The notes under the pieces are model-generated. The model saw only the letters and a program-made list of their open reading frames with translations. It was not told where the DNA came from and did no database searches. Shown one piece after another: positions 40,345 through 52,749 of a DNA stretch of 64,000 bases. The stretch covers positions 1 through 64,000 of the forward strand of contig CAXHJY010000249.1 in the NCBI GenBank assembly GCA_964016885.1. The letters are read 5' to 3'. The first letter of the stretch is position 1; every line of letters starts with the position of its first letter. Position numbers and translations under genes: made by a program. Origin of the DNA: Eledone cirrhosa (Eukaryota).

Positions 40345-40700
40345 TGTAGACGAGTATAAGGGATATCTCTATGTATATGTCTGTGTAAATCCCTAAAACT
40401 TGAGAAGTACCCCACCGATCTTTTTCGAACTTTACACATGCGTTACTTATATTTCTTGAAGTGCAATGGGCTAAAAAAATCAGTGTTTAGGCGAAAAACC
40501 ACATTTTAAAGGCATTTTTAGGCTTTTTTTGAGGCGTAACTTAAAGATAATCCAGCCGATTCCCTCGAAATTTGCAGCACACGTTAGTTAGTCCCCTCAC
40601 ATTGCTGTGGACAAAAAAGAATTTCCGATTCCATTAATGGTTTCATGGGAATTTACGAATTAGCATTGGGCATTAGATGCCATTTTCATTTTCAATATAA
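40345..40700 (+). mobile_element. Helitron/Helentron-associated (DINE-1/HINE-like) 5' region; element may extend to ~41960
   Basis: tatgtatatgtctgt followed by two copies of aactt..ga...ccgat.....cgaa.ttt.cac, resembling the recurrent HINE core. Confidence 0.4.
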
Positions 40701-42312
40701 GCGCTACTTAAACATGTTAAGTAGCGTATAATATTTCGTTAAAAATTTGGTTTATTTAACAGAGGACACAACACTTACTTTGAAGCAGGAACATTTTTGG
40801 GGATTGAAGAAATGAGGAGGACCTTAAAATATTTGTTGGCGCCCTGTTGACGCTTCACGCTTTCATCACGCGCAAATCCGGGTCCTGTGTACGTTGACGT
40901 GTTATTGACACTGTAAAACTCACGTCTGTGCTACTTCTACTAAGACCCCTTTTGTTGCACCTACAGCGCAGTATGAACGCCCTGCGCGAGTACGCCGAAC
41001 AGCGGTTGTGCTAATTTCGCAGTGATCCCTTTTATCGCACCTTTGTTGCTGTGTAAACGCAGTGCAACCAGTGCCGCCCAGCGTTTGTGCTAATTGTACT
41101 ATGACCCCCTTCTGCTGCAGCTGCGTTGCCACGCTGATTTCGTCATCTCAATATCTCTACTTAAACGTACATCCCTACTTGGTCTTCACACAATTGACTA
41201 CGTCGCTCCTCGATCATTCCCTGAGAATAAGGGAATTAAAAAAGTACACAACTACATTCCTCAATCTTTGCATCGGCGTGTTATTATTTCACGTTTCCTA
41301 CCCCGTGCAACGCCGAGTCCAACTGCTCGTAAACCCGTAAACCGAAAGCATTGTTCGGTGACTCAAAGATCGCCAATTGTATCTACAATGATCCTTTTCT
41401 TGCACAAGTGGAAACATCTCCCTTATACCAAATTTGTTTTGTATTTGAGAAATAGTCTATGACATTGCTCTTTTTTTGTTTTTTATTTTGTTTAAATGTT
41501 AATTTTTTCACAGCAATATATTCAAAAGCCCTCTCAAAGAATTGTCCCGTTTCCCCAAACCAGCTGACCTTTTGCAAAGTGGAGTGTAAAATCTAGACAA
41601 TTCTATGAGTGAGTACTCGAAATATAAAACCACCGACTATACAGTTTAAGAGTTCTGGTAAACAAAAGGAATAGGAAAATAAAGATTCCTTTCATTTGAA
41701 ATTCTTTTCTGGATTAAGAACAGTCAAGAGAATATCAATCAATTCTGTTCACATTTTTATAGTAAATATTCTACGAAATGATGTTTAGTGAATGGTTAAT
41801 CTTTTCTTTTTTAACCATATACTTTTAGTTATTTAGCTTGTGCGAATCGTTATGAGTTTGGGCATACTGAGAGCACTTTTGTGTTTTATCCTATATACAA
41901 TAAGTTTCAAGAGTTTTGTTCGCACAAATTTCCCACCCACAAGCCAATAGTAGTTTATATTTGAAATTTTCATCATTTTAATCTGGTAATTATGGAATAT
42001 TTCAGAAGTTCGTAATAACCTTTTGACCGACGGAATGAAACAGGGGGAATAACACTAAGACATTTTTCTGTGAACAGAGGAATCGTTGAAATGTTAATAC
42101 GAAGGCTTCTAATTTAAAAATAAAAAATAGTTATATCTACATTAAATTTACCTTAAATATATACATATATAACTGAATAGAATCAATAATTCATCATGGA
42201 CAGAACTGAAGCAGAAATTACTTTGGTATGACCTTGGACAAATATGAGGTAGAATGGCAATTAAAAAGATATTTCATTAAAACTATAATTTATACAGATA
42301 TAATATACTTAC

Positions 42313-42365
42313 GCATTTTTAAGCTGTTGGACATGTTTTCCCGCAAGTATCTGAGCTAGAGGCAT
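42313..42365 (-). CDS. UQCR11: UQCR11-like exon 1 (53 nt)
   Basis: aaaATG start, encodes MPLAQILAGKHVQQLKN+GC|gtaagt. The phase joins exon 2 (GC+G = Ala) to give a 57-aa protein, the expected size. Confidence 0.75.
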
Positions 42366-42769
42366 TTTACTCACAGATGAGAATGTACCAAGGGAGTACG
42401 TGAGATGTTGATGAGGAAACAGGCAAGAGAAGCTCCGATCAAACCTGACTGGAGATGGTTTGTAAGGGGAGATAAATAACAATTATCCCCCCTCACATAC
42501 TTCCTTTTTACCAGTAGATTTACTTAATGGTATATTTTCTTATAAAAATATCCTTTCATTTTTCTATATTTCTTCGCCTGCCTTTCATACTTAAAATTTC
42601 TCATTAATTCTCTCTATATACATTTCAAAATTTCAAATCGTTTTCTTTTCTTTTTTTTAACGTCTATGTAGTCAGGTTTGTCTGTACAGCAAACTTCTAA
42701 AAGTAAAAATACTACATTTATTATATGGAATGAATGGATTCAAAAAGACACTCAATACATGTGTGAAAG

Positions 42770-42951
42770 TGACGTCCTAACTTACTCTCTGCCTCTGGGT
42801 CCCGGCCGACAGAATAGAAGATGCATTGTCACACAAGTGTGGGGCTAGGGTGCTGAAAGTGTGGGAGAGGTCTTGCAAGAAGTGAGGGGCCAGTGACGTC
42901 ACATCAAAAAAGCAGGCTGTCTCTCCGGTCTCTAAGCAGCATTGGACGTCA
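42770..42951. promoter_or_regulatory. CRE/ATF motif cluster upstream of the UQCR11-like gene
   Basis: Palindrome GTGACGTCAC at 42893-42902 and TGACG half sites at 42770 and 42947, in a locally GC-richer stretch 0.4-0.6 kb upstream of the ATG. Confidence 0.35.
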
Positions 42952-43599
42952 TTTTTCATGGCTGGTGTGAATGAGTGTGTGAGATTTGCTATGTTCTCTG
43001 GTCGGACGTGAAACAGGTGAACATCGCGCTAGGAGCTTCAGTCTGGACACGTGTGGAGACGCAAAGGTAGGTCCCTTCATTTCTTACGACAAGAAGACTA
43101 AGAGTATTATTGACATTTAGTTTATCAATCCTGGAGAGATTTTTGGCAGAGCTGATCTGCTAGAGAACGGGTCGCAGGTGATGGATAGCGATACGGCCAC
43201 CAGATATGATCGTTAGTTTCGATATTAGCGGGCTCCTGTCGGGCGAATAAGCAACCCCAGACCGACGGCAGTAAACTACATGGGAAGATAGAGCAATGAG
43301 TGACACTTAGCTCCAAAGAAAACTCACACAACCCAATGATGTAGCTACTACGAGGTGAGTAAAAGCCACCTTTAAAAAAGTTTTCGTGGGTCTGGGTACC
43401 AAATTGGTGACTGTTGTGATTGAGACAATCAAAACACTGAAATACGACCGGAATCAGGAAAGGTATCTGTACCACATTCTCCTTCAAGGGATACTTTCAG
43501 GCCGTAGGTAGCGGAGCCAGTTTGAAAAAATATATTGCAGTCTCCACCGAACGTGCAAGAATTGGCGATGGGCCTGCAATATGTCCTGGGAGGCGTGGG

Positions 43600-44931
43600 A
43601 TGGAAGCGCAAAGGTTATGTATCCCTAAACTCCAGAGGGGCCTGGAAAGAAGCAAACTTTGACAATTGGTAACTGGAATGTTACAATCCTTACAGGAGCA
43701 AGAACTAATGGAAGAGGCCAAATGCTGCCGGCTAGATATAGTCGGGGTTTCCTCAACAAAGTTCGGTGGCTCTGATATAGGAGATTTGGAGAATGGACAC
43801 CACTATTCAGGTGTGGCATCAGAAAAGACTGCACAGGCGGGAGTGGGGATACTCACAAGTCCCCAGCTTTTAGAATGTACTATGTACAGGATACCATTAG
43901 GAGGGAGGATTTGCCTCTTGAAGCTTAGGCTGAAAGAAAGGTCCCTGTCGGTGGTTCAAGTCTATGCGTCAAACCCGAATACTATCCTTCCTTGATGAAG
44001 TCACTGCAGTGTTAGATGTAGTTAAGACTGAGTCATATATCCTGATGGGGAACTTCAATGCACATGTTGGCACTGACTATCTGAAATGGTAATGAGTGAT
44101 TGGAAGGAACGGTAATCCCGATCTAAATACAAAAAGAGAGGTCTTAGACTTCTGTTCTAATAATGGAGTCTCTATTATGAACACCTTCCAGCACCAAGAC
44201 ATCCATAAATACACATAGTATTCGGAGAATCAGGGACAGAAATCAATAATTGATTTTCTTATTGTCTCTGATCTCTTCGATTCTATGTTGGATGTTCGTG
44301 TTATGAAAGGAATTGAGCTGTCAACTGATCACCATATAGTTATCTGCAATGTGAGACTACCTAAAGCCAAGAGAGCCAACAAAACTTGCAAGGCCTGCTA
44401 ACTAGAACGCGTCTTTTTAAAGGGGTGCATCCTCGCGAGATGGGAAGAATACTTTACTGATCTCCTAAATCCGGCCACAACAGCAACTTCTGATGGACAC
44501 AAGGTGCATCTGGGAGGGACAGCTTACCTCTCGCAGCTGCAATTGAAGTCAGAAGAGCAATTAAAGTGCTCAAATCTGGCAAGACCGCTGGGGAGGATGA
44601 AATTCGGTCCCATATGTCAAAAGCCTTAAATAGAGAAATTGACTTGTATGTGCCGGGTGGCTGGGATGTCTGGAAAGGCACTTAAGCAATGGCAATCAGG
44701 AATGATAATCTCAATTTTCAAAAATGTAGACAAGAAAGATTGTTCTAATTATAGAGGGATCTATTTGTTAAGCCTCCCCGGTAAAGTCTATGCTAAGTGT
44801 TAGACAAAGCAATGTGGAGATAGTGTTGAGTAGAAGCTAGCTGATGAACAATGTGGTTTTCGCCCCAGATGTAGCAGAGATGACCAAATATTCACACTAA
44901 GCCAGTAACTTAGATGAAGAAGAAGAAGAAG
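43600..44931 (+). mobile_element. Degenerate RTE (Expander-like) LINE: endonuclease + RT N-terminus, (GAA)n end
   Basis: LTIGNWNVTILTG, RLDIVGVSSTK, AQAGVGIL, VVQVYA, MGNFNAHVG, IDFLIVS, STDHH, LKSGKTAGEDEI, CSNYRGIYLLSLPGKVY, EQCGFRP. The 5' UTR may extend to ~43100. Confidence 0.85.
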
Positions 44932-45429
44932 ATTGGCCATTCGTTCTTGTTTGTGCTCCAGCCACAGGAGTCCTGCTATGTGTCGCCCCTGGGTAGTTCA
45001 TTCTCAAGCTCCTTCTGCTATGCATCAGTACCTATGCACGTCTCTGGCCCCACCGTCCATTCTTGTGGAGGCAGAAAATCGGGGCTAATACATCTCACAT
45101 TGAGTGCAGTGATTTGAGAAAAGATGGAATCGAAGCGAATGCAACAACAAAGTAAAGAATGGAATGGTGTGTAGAATAAAGGGACAATAGCACAAATTGG
45201 TCGTTTTGCTACAGAACACTTTGCAAATGGTTGGCATGCAATACGAGAAATGAAGCGAAAAGTGTATAACGACCTTACCCGCTTCGACACCATTCTCAAT
45301 CAACCAATTGTCCTTGAGGGCGGCCATTTCACGATGTCTCAAACTACAATGAAAAGCAAAACTTATGACAGTCTCTCTCTGGCACTCCATCGAGTGTTCC
45401 AGTTAATCCGATCAATGGGGCAACCTGCT

Positions 45430-45630
45430 TGTGAAAGTGGCTGAGCATTCCACAGAATATGACAAGGCTAGCCCTTTGAATTACGGGTAGAACTCATTTT
45501 TGCCAGCTAAGTGGACTGGAACAATGTGAAATAAAGTGTCTTGCTCAAGGACACAAGCGCCACCGGGAATCGAACTCATGACTTTACGATTGTGAGCTGG
45601 ATACCCTAACCACAAAGCCACGCACCTTCG
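45430..45630 (-). mobile_element. CORE-like tRNA SINE
   Basis: Minus strand gtggctttgtggttagg..gagttcgattccc..gtccttgagcaagacactttatttcac. Confidence 0.75.
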
Positions 45631-45958
45631 CAGTCACTATCACATACACAGGCAGCGCCAATAATTCTTCTATTTAACAATGGCCAAAGTAAAGCAGAGC
45701 TGTTCTGCCTTACAACACAACAACTTGGTGAGACAACACATAGCAGTGAAGCCTTATCACTCAAATGACGACGGTGGAGAGCAAAGCCCACTACAGCGGG
45801 GATATTGGAAAAGGAGGAACCAAAGTGAATGGGGAATAAAGGAACAGGATCAGTTTAAACATGCATCAACCCGGCCCTGCACCGCCCTCAATAAGAGCCA
45901 ATTCTTCTTCCATTTATCCTTGAGGACAGTAATTTCACGGTTTCCCGAACAATGGTAG

Positions 45959-46225
45959 GTGGTGGCAACGAGAAGGACTGAGGCCAACGTTGAGCATGTG
46001 AAGCAGGCGGTTTTTGGTGATCATTGGCTGACTGATCAACTGATCGCTAGTGAGCTGGACATGAACCGTGACAGAGTTTGGAAGATTATCACTGAATATT
46101 TGGGTATACGGAAGATCTGCACAAAAATGGTGCCGAAGCTGCTGATTGAGGATCAGAAGGAGCGAAGCATGCAGGTGTGTCAGGACACTCTTGAGCGTCT
46201 TGAAACCGAACCAGACTTTTCCTGA
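45959..46225 (+). mobile_element. Mariner transposase internal fragment (HTH-linker)
   Basis: NVEHVKQAVFGDHWLT..IASEL..VWKIITEYLGIRKICTKMVPKLL..DQKERS (WVPK/R-type linker). Confidence 0.85.
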
Positions 46226-46329
46226 ATCCTTGTGCATTCGACTAAAATGGATTACCAGCCGGGAACGGATGTACATATTTTAAACATACAGGACAGTAGT
46301 GATCAAGTGTGATTGATGGAATTGCATGC

Positions 46330-46860
46330 AACTGAAAGCCTTGCCTTGGGGTCATGGCATGTTTTTCTCATGGTTGACAAAAACAGGGTTTTGAAAGTGT
46401 GGTTCGGCCACAGACAGTACAGATGGAAGATCAATAATTTGCAGCATTCGGGCGTTGCATTTCATCATTTGGTGAGCAATTTGAGTTTTCACAAATTGCA
46501 GGCAGTTGTCTCTGGCTATAAGCCACCATTCATTCCTATTCAATGTAAGATATTCCCAGCTTGCAGTGTTAATGTCCAAAGACTGAAGGTTAGCTTTTCT
46601 GACAGAGAGTCTCATTCTTTGGAGATGTAGGTGCTGGAGGTACTTCTCAAGAGATAGTTCATTTGGGAGCAACTGCTTCAGAAATCTAAAATCAAAACGA
46701 CAGATAACACGATCAAATCTGTACATATGATACCTGATGAGGAAAATCTCAATACTCCTGACAGCATACTCTTTCCAGTACTTCCGTAACATATGTAAAT
46801 GATTTCCAGCTGATGTTCAATATACGCATAAATAGTTCTGGTGGATTCTTTTAAGAATCT
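46330..46860 (-). mobile_element. RTE/BovB-like C-terminal fragment
   Basis: KANLQSLDINTASWEYLTLNRNEW resembles the BovB-type C-terminus (LK...I....WE.LA.DR..W). Confidence 0.55.
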
Positions 46861-47512
46861 AGATGTGCAGTGATTCTTAGCGATGAGGCATTCACAGCTT
46901 CTAAATAAAGCTGATGTTTATAGTGCTATAGGGAGTGCTGGTCATTTGATGAAAGAGAAGGAACTATAAAGCAATATATTAGAGTAGATCTTGCATTAGA
47001 AATTCTATTGAAATTAAAAAAATTTCAGTGAAAATTACAGTAATATTTATGGAATTGAGTTAACAACTAAAGGCTTGAATTTAGCTAACAGAGAACTCTG
47101 TTGATGACAGTGATGTGAAATTCAATCGGCATGTTGAGGAATACAGTGGGCTATTATTGTATTATGTGTAGATTCTCAGAGAAACAAAAGTGACAGTTAC
47201 ATGTTTTGGGTGAATAGGAAAAAGGGCTTCGTAGAGAATACTCCTAGTAATATTGGGCAAACCACTTCCCTCATTCTAAAGCCTCCAGGTACAAGTCCAG
47301 TTTTCTTTAACCCTAGACTAAAGGTGTAAATAGGTTGAAGAAGCTTTTCCCTAAAGTTATTCGATGTGTCTTCTGTTTTATTCCTCGAGAGACCATCAAG
47401 TGGTGTGAAGGACATGACTCATGCCTTAGAAAGGCAGTGGACAGGTGGATTTCCACAGTTGTAGGTGATCGCGTAGGGTTATGTTTTTTACTGTTGTTTA
47501 GGTAAGCAGAAT

Positions 47513-48340
47513 TAAAATTAGCATTATGCACGTTAAAAAAGTTGATGATATATGTTCTTGGGAAATGTTGTCTAACAGCATCATACAGGAAAACGAATAT
47601 TGCAGCATACAACACTAAAGAACAATCTCTAACATGCATAAAGATAAATCTTCTATGTGTAGAATAGGTCGAGTAGAAATTGTGTTTAAACTTCATTCTT
47701 TTCACAACGATGTTTCTTATTAAAAACTGCAGTTGTATCTACATTGAATATATCTTAAACCTTCTACTATGTGCTGTGTTTTGCATGAATATATATTATT
47801 TAATTAATCACGTTACCAAACGAACATACGTCATGCTAATTAGATTGAAAATTCCAGTTATGTTCTATCACATTCCCCCATGTACACAGAATCATCGAGG
47901 TATTTATTATCTGATAAGGAGACAATGATCTCTGAAACGCAGGCATAAGAATAATGTCTTATATTTTTCTGTGTACTGAATGAATAGTAGAAAGTTTGTT
48001 TGCGTCTCCTTATTTTCATAGCATGGATTCTAATTTAAACAATATGGTGGTATCTAAATTAACTATATACTCTATGTGTGTGTATATATATATAATGTAG
48101 GAGGTGAGTTTTATTGTAGCACAATAAAGCAATAAGAATAAAATTAGCATTATGCACGTTAAAAGAGTTGATGATATATGTTCTTGGGAAATGTCTAACA
48201 GCATCATACAGGAAAACGAATATTGCAGCATACAACACTAAAGAACAATCTCTAACATGCATAAAGATAGATCTTCTATGTGTAGAATGGGTCGAGTAGA
48301 AATTGTGTTTAAACTTCATTCTTTTCACAACGATGTTTCT
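47513..48340. repeat. ~205-bp direct duplication (47513-47717 and 48140-48340), possibly Penelope-like coding relic
   Basis: Two near-identical copies. The minus strand reads ..HFPRT..FNVHN..SYC, loosely like the PLE HFP..H.LHKIFN..KLSYSC linker. Confidence 0.7.
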
Positions 48341-48642
48341 ATAATTCTATAATAAATAGACGTACGGATTTATTTTCGCTCTGCTTGCATAAATCCCATA
48401 GAACTTTCCATAAAGTATACAGCTAATATCTCAATACCTAATTAGTTTAAAATCTTCTTTTCTCAAACGCTTTTATATCTTTTACAAATATACCCATCTT
48501 TCTACCTTATTTCAGTATATTATATTATACAATTTACTCATTCTATGTCGTTAGCGGTCCCCTATCTTTCTTCTTTTTTATCCGTTTTCCTTTCTTCCTT
48601 GTTTCTCTGTAACTTTTACTTCTCAATTACTTCTTAATTCAT

Positions 48643-48861
48643 ATTATTACTCACTATAGCAGGTGGATTGGCAGTATCGGTAGAGAGTCGGACGCCATGC
48701 TTTCCAGCATAGTTACGTCCCTTTACGATCTGAGTTCAAATCCCGCCGAGGTTGACTTTGCCTTTCATCCTTACGGGGTCGATAAAATAAAGTACCAGTA
48801 ATGCACTGGGTAATTGCTGGCCTTGTGCCTAAAGTAGAAACAATTATTACTCACTATAGCA
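48643..48861 (+). mobile_element. Young Meta-like tRNA SINE with 19-bp target-site duplication
   Basis: TSD attattactcactatagca at 48643-48661 and 48843-48861; body gagttcaaatcccgccgaggttgactttgcctttcatccttacggggtcgataaaataaagtaccag. Confidence 0.85.
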
Positions 48862-49598
48862 TTTTCCTTTTTCCTTATATTCTTGACCATACAAACTATA
48901 TTTTTTTAATATATACCAATATTACCATTAGTAAATTTTGTAAACATATATATTTTTTGACGTTATATATTTTTTTTCTTCCTTAAATTTTCTTCTTTCT
49001 TCTCTCCTTCCGTACTCCTATTAAACCTATTATTTACTTTTACATATTACAATACATAAAAACAAACTTAAACCCTAACTAATTCCTCTAAGTTCATAAT
49101 TCATTTAATCTCTCCTTCATTCACATTATATCCTTAATATTTTTATTTTAATAATACATATTAATAAATTCTTTTTTCACACATATTATTAAACCCTTCA
49201 ATATATAAACCTTAAATAAATACTATTTTTAATTCCTTTTTCTTTAATCATAAACATCACCATCCATAAACCTCATTAACTTTTAATTTCAAAATCTTTT
49301 TAAATTATCTATTATCTTTCAACGGTTTTTTTAAATTTCTCTCTGTGAGACAATGTTTTCTCAGTTTTAAAGGCTATTTCTCTGTGACTATCACTCATTT
49401 CTCCTCCTCTCTCATCCTTCCTTCTTATACTCCTCCCCCGTCATCCTTTATTTTCTTTCTTCCTCTTCCTTACCTTTTCCTACCCCCCCCCCCTCTTTTT
49501 TTTCCCAATCTCATATATCCATCTTACTTTATTTTTCATATGTTGATTTAACACTTCACTGCTCGCAAGTGTTTTTTAAGCTTCATATCATATCTCCC

Positions 49599-49669
49599 TA
49601 TTTTATCTGATGAGAACGCAAATATCATCGCATGATGATATTTGTTTTTGAAATGCGCATAATAAAATA
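49599..49669 (+). ncRNA. Type I hammerhead ribozyme (Penelope-type, palindromic helix III)
   Basis: Helix I tattttat/ataaaata (8 bp), CUGAUGA 49607-49613, helix II caaatatcatc/gatgatatttg, GAAA 49650-49653, palindrome AUGCGCAU, AUA cleavage triplet ending at 49661. Confidence 0.8.
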
Positions 49670-49697
49670 CATGGAACTCTTTTAACCATCTTTTGAT

Positions 49698-49699
<2 letters not shown>

Positions 49700-49760
<61 letters not shown>
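49700..49760. repeat. (TA)n microsatellite
   Basis: Pure TA run. Confidence 0.95.
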
Positions 49761-49764
<4 letters not shown>

Positions 49765-49949
49765 TTAGGTTTGTTGGTTCACCATTGGATAGAACTGGTC
49801 ATTCCGTATGTCCAACCTCGATGTAATATTAGGGAGAATACTCAACGTAATGCAACTCACCCGTCTTCGTTTGTGTTGTTGGTGGTGTGAATCCTGTTAT
49901 TATAAAATAACAGGAGGCTGGACTAGTGTAATTCCTTAAAAGGTTTATT

Positions 49950-50007
49950 ATACTATGATCATTTCAGTGACTGGGTTCAGTATGAATCCGGTGACATCAT
50001 CAGGTAT
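49950..50007 (-). ncRNA. Type I hammerhead ribozyme motif (Penelope-type), partly decayed
   Basis: Minus strand atac-CUGAUGA-(imperfect hairpin)-GAAA-UGAUCA-UA^gtat, with a 4-bp helix I and palindrome AUGAUCAU. Confidence 0.65.
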
Positions 50008-50779
50008 TCGAAATTTAACAAAGGAATATAATAGACAAAATCCATGGGGCTAAAAAGCAGAGACAGGAGGGCGGCCGAACATATAGCAGCTTCTAGCCCG
50101 GTCAACCGCCCTCAAGTGAGGATTATTAAGTCTTCTTATGTCCTTCTGGTGAAGGGGCGTAGGCTTATAGTGTACTACTACCATCCCGCCATAGACAGAG
50201 GCCAGCGGTGAGATCAGGTTACATTCAAGCTGGTCAGAAGTGCTAGAAAGTGCCACGAAAAATATTTGTTCAAAAAACTTAAATCTTTAACAAAGCTATA
50301 TATAGTGGGCGTCTGCACAGTATATTGTAGGGTCAGAAATTACGATTAACAATTAGAAACGTTAAATTTATGTTTAGAGTTAAAAGATGCCATTTAAGAT
50401 GAAATTAGAAAAATAAGGTTAAAAGTTTAAGTGTATTACAGATAGTCACGATAAAGTTTCAGAGTAGAATATAGAGTAAAGATTAAGCCCATGCTTAGCG
50501 GTCAATAACCAGCGATGTGACGTAAGATCGAGCATTGAAACAGATATAGTTATACTTTGGGAGGATTATGCTGCCAGTAAAAAAAAAAACCCCAAAAAAA
50601 CACAAACCAATTGAGTTTTACTTCAGCCAACGAAAGATTATCACGTTCACTCACCTGCCATGTTCGTCTGCATGGATTCTGATAATGATTGTGACAGAAA
50701 GTCCGTCACTGCAGATTCTATCGTATTCAGAATTTGGAACACCTCTTCCAAATGTGTGGCCTTGTGACCATATTAGACA

Positions 50780-52200
50780 TTATTTCAAGATGGTAGACAG
50801 GCAGAATTGTTAGAGCGTTGAACAAAATGCTTTGCAGTATGTGCTCCTGTTTTTTTCGCTCTGAGTTCAAACTCCGTCTCAGTCAACTTTGTATTTAATC
50901 CTTCTGGGGTTGATAAAATAAGTAACTATTCCATTCCTCGGTTAGTCTAGAAAATAGATGGTTATTTAATTGTCGAACCATTTTCGCCACACATTTTGTG
51001 ACCTTGTCAATGAATATTTTGTCCTTCTGTATCTTCTTTTCATTTTGATTTAGTTCTAATTACTCCTTATTCTTCAAAAATGGCTCCTGCCTTTTTTGAG
51101 AGCTGAGAGGACATCATGTGGAGTAGAGCTGAGACCCATACTAGATGACGTATTCCAGACCTGCTTCAAGCACTGGGTTGAATGAGTGGAGGCACAAGCT
51201 GCCTACTTGAAAGAGAATTAGCAATTGAACTCTATCAAGTTTGTAATATACATATTTACCCCATATTAAAGTCCGGTACGTTTTCAATATACCGGTTATA
51301 ATCTAAGGGAAATAACTTTAAAATACTTTTCAAAAGAAGCGAAAGTCATTTAGAGTTATCTCCCTTTAATTATGTATTTCACGTGACTAAACATTTTTTC
51401 TTCTTTCGAAGATTAATGTATGTATGTATGTGTAAGTCAACGAAAGGCTGTCATGTGTTCCAACCTCTTATGTTCGCCTGTCTGGCTTCTATGTGTGATA
51501 ATTGTTTCTACTTTAGGCACAAGGCCAGCAATTATCCAGTGCATTACTGGTACTTTAATGTCAACGTCAACCTCGACGAGATTTAAACGCAGATCATAAA
51601 GGGACGTAACTATGCTTCAAAGCATGGCGTCCGACCCTCTACCGATACTGCCAATCCAGTGTGATAATGATTATGACTGAGGGTACGTCACAGAATTGGC
51701 TAAATTATGCCGTATTTAGAATTTGGAACACCTTTTAAATTAGTAGCCTTGTGACCATGTTAGAAATTATTTCAAAGCGGTTGATTTACAGAATCGTTAG
51801 TGTGTCGGACAAAAAGTTTTACAGTATGTGTTCTGGCTCCTTTTGTTCGTAGTTCAAATCGCGCCGAGGCCAAATTTGCATTTCATATTTCCAGGAGTCG
51901 GTAAAATAGTACCAGTCAAATAGCGGTGTTGATTTAATCAACCTTCCACAAAAGTTGCTGGCCTTGTGCATACATTAGACATTTCCGTTATTAATATTAT
52001 AGTAGTAGTAGTAGTAGTAGTTGTTGTTGTTGTTGGTATACGTTCTGAGTTCAAATACCACCGAAGTTAGCTTTACCTTTCATCCTTACGAGGTTGATAA
52101 AATAATGTACCAGTAATGCACTGGGGTCGATTTTATTTGACTTTCCCCTTCCCCCAAATCGTTGGCTTTGTGCCTAAATCAGAAACAATTATTATCATTA
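50780..52200. mobile_element. Cluster of Meta-like SINEs (50780-50930 +, 51520-51660 -, 51770-51990 +, 52040-52195 +) and a CR1-like scrap (51010-51245 -)
   Basis: Repeated gagttcaaa..gccgagg..tttgc.tttcatcc..ggtcgataaaat core, plus an LEYVI*YGS (LEY.S.VW-like) remnant. Confidence 0.65.
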
Positions 52201-52307
52201 TACTCGTCTTGAGGTCCTTTTTTGAGGCATTGTTTAATGACCTTCCTGGTCACCTACTACGACACACACAGATATTGTGTACCTATTCTCAACAGAATAC
52301 ACACAGC

Positions 52308-52745
52308 AAGTGTTGGAAAGACTCAGTGAAGAGGATGAATAAAAAAGTGAGGGTTAATGAAATGCAGTTAGGATTTGTGTGAGAAAAAAGAATGACTGAT
52401 GCAACTTTAATAGTGGAGCAGTTACAGAAGTACAGGGACAAGAAGAAGAATTTGTTTTTTGTGGTTTGTTGATCTTGAGAAAGTTTTCAATACAGTAGTG
52501 ACTTGGGCATTGAGAGAATTAAAAGTGGAAGAACGGTTGGTTAGAATGGAAAATGTAAGGGTGTCCAAGGTTGGGTCATGTGTTAAGGAAAGTTGAAAGT
52601 GACCGGGTGAGAGGAACTGAATGTGGAAGGAAGTAGATGAAGGGGAAGACCATGAAAGACATAGCTAAAGATAATGGAGAAGGAAATGAAAGCCAGAAAG
52701 TTGATGAGTGGGCATGCAGCTGATAGGGCCTGCAAAACTAACCTT
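52308..52745 (+). mobile_element. RTE RT-domain fragment, internally deleted
   Basis: KVRVNEMQLGFV..TDATLIVEQLQ.KYRDKKKNL..FVDLEKVF. Confidence 0.75.
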
Positions 52746-52749
52746 TGGA

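Noticed and set aside
43100-43600. HDV-like ribozyme expected at an RTE 5' end
   Set aside because: I could not assemble a convincing nested double pseudoknot by eye; it needs a descriptor-based search.
48643-48861. T7-promoter-like actcactatag (vector contamination)
   Set aside because: Only a partial match, and it is the duplicated target site of a SINE.
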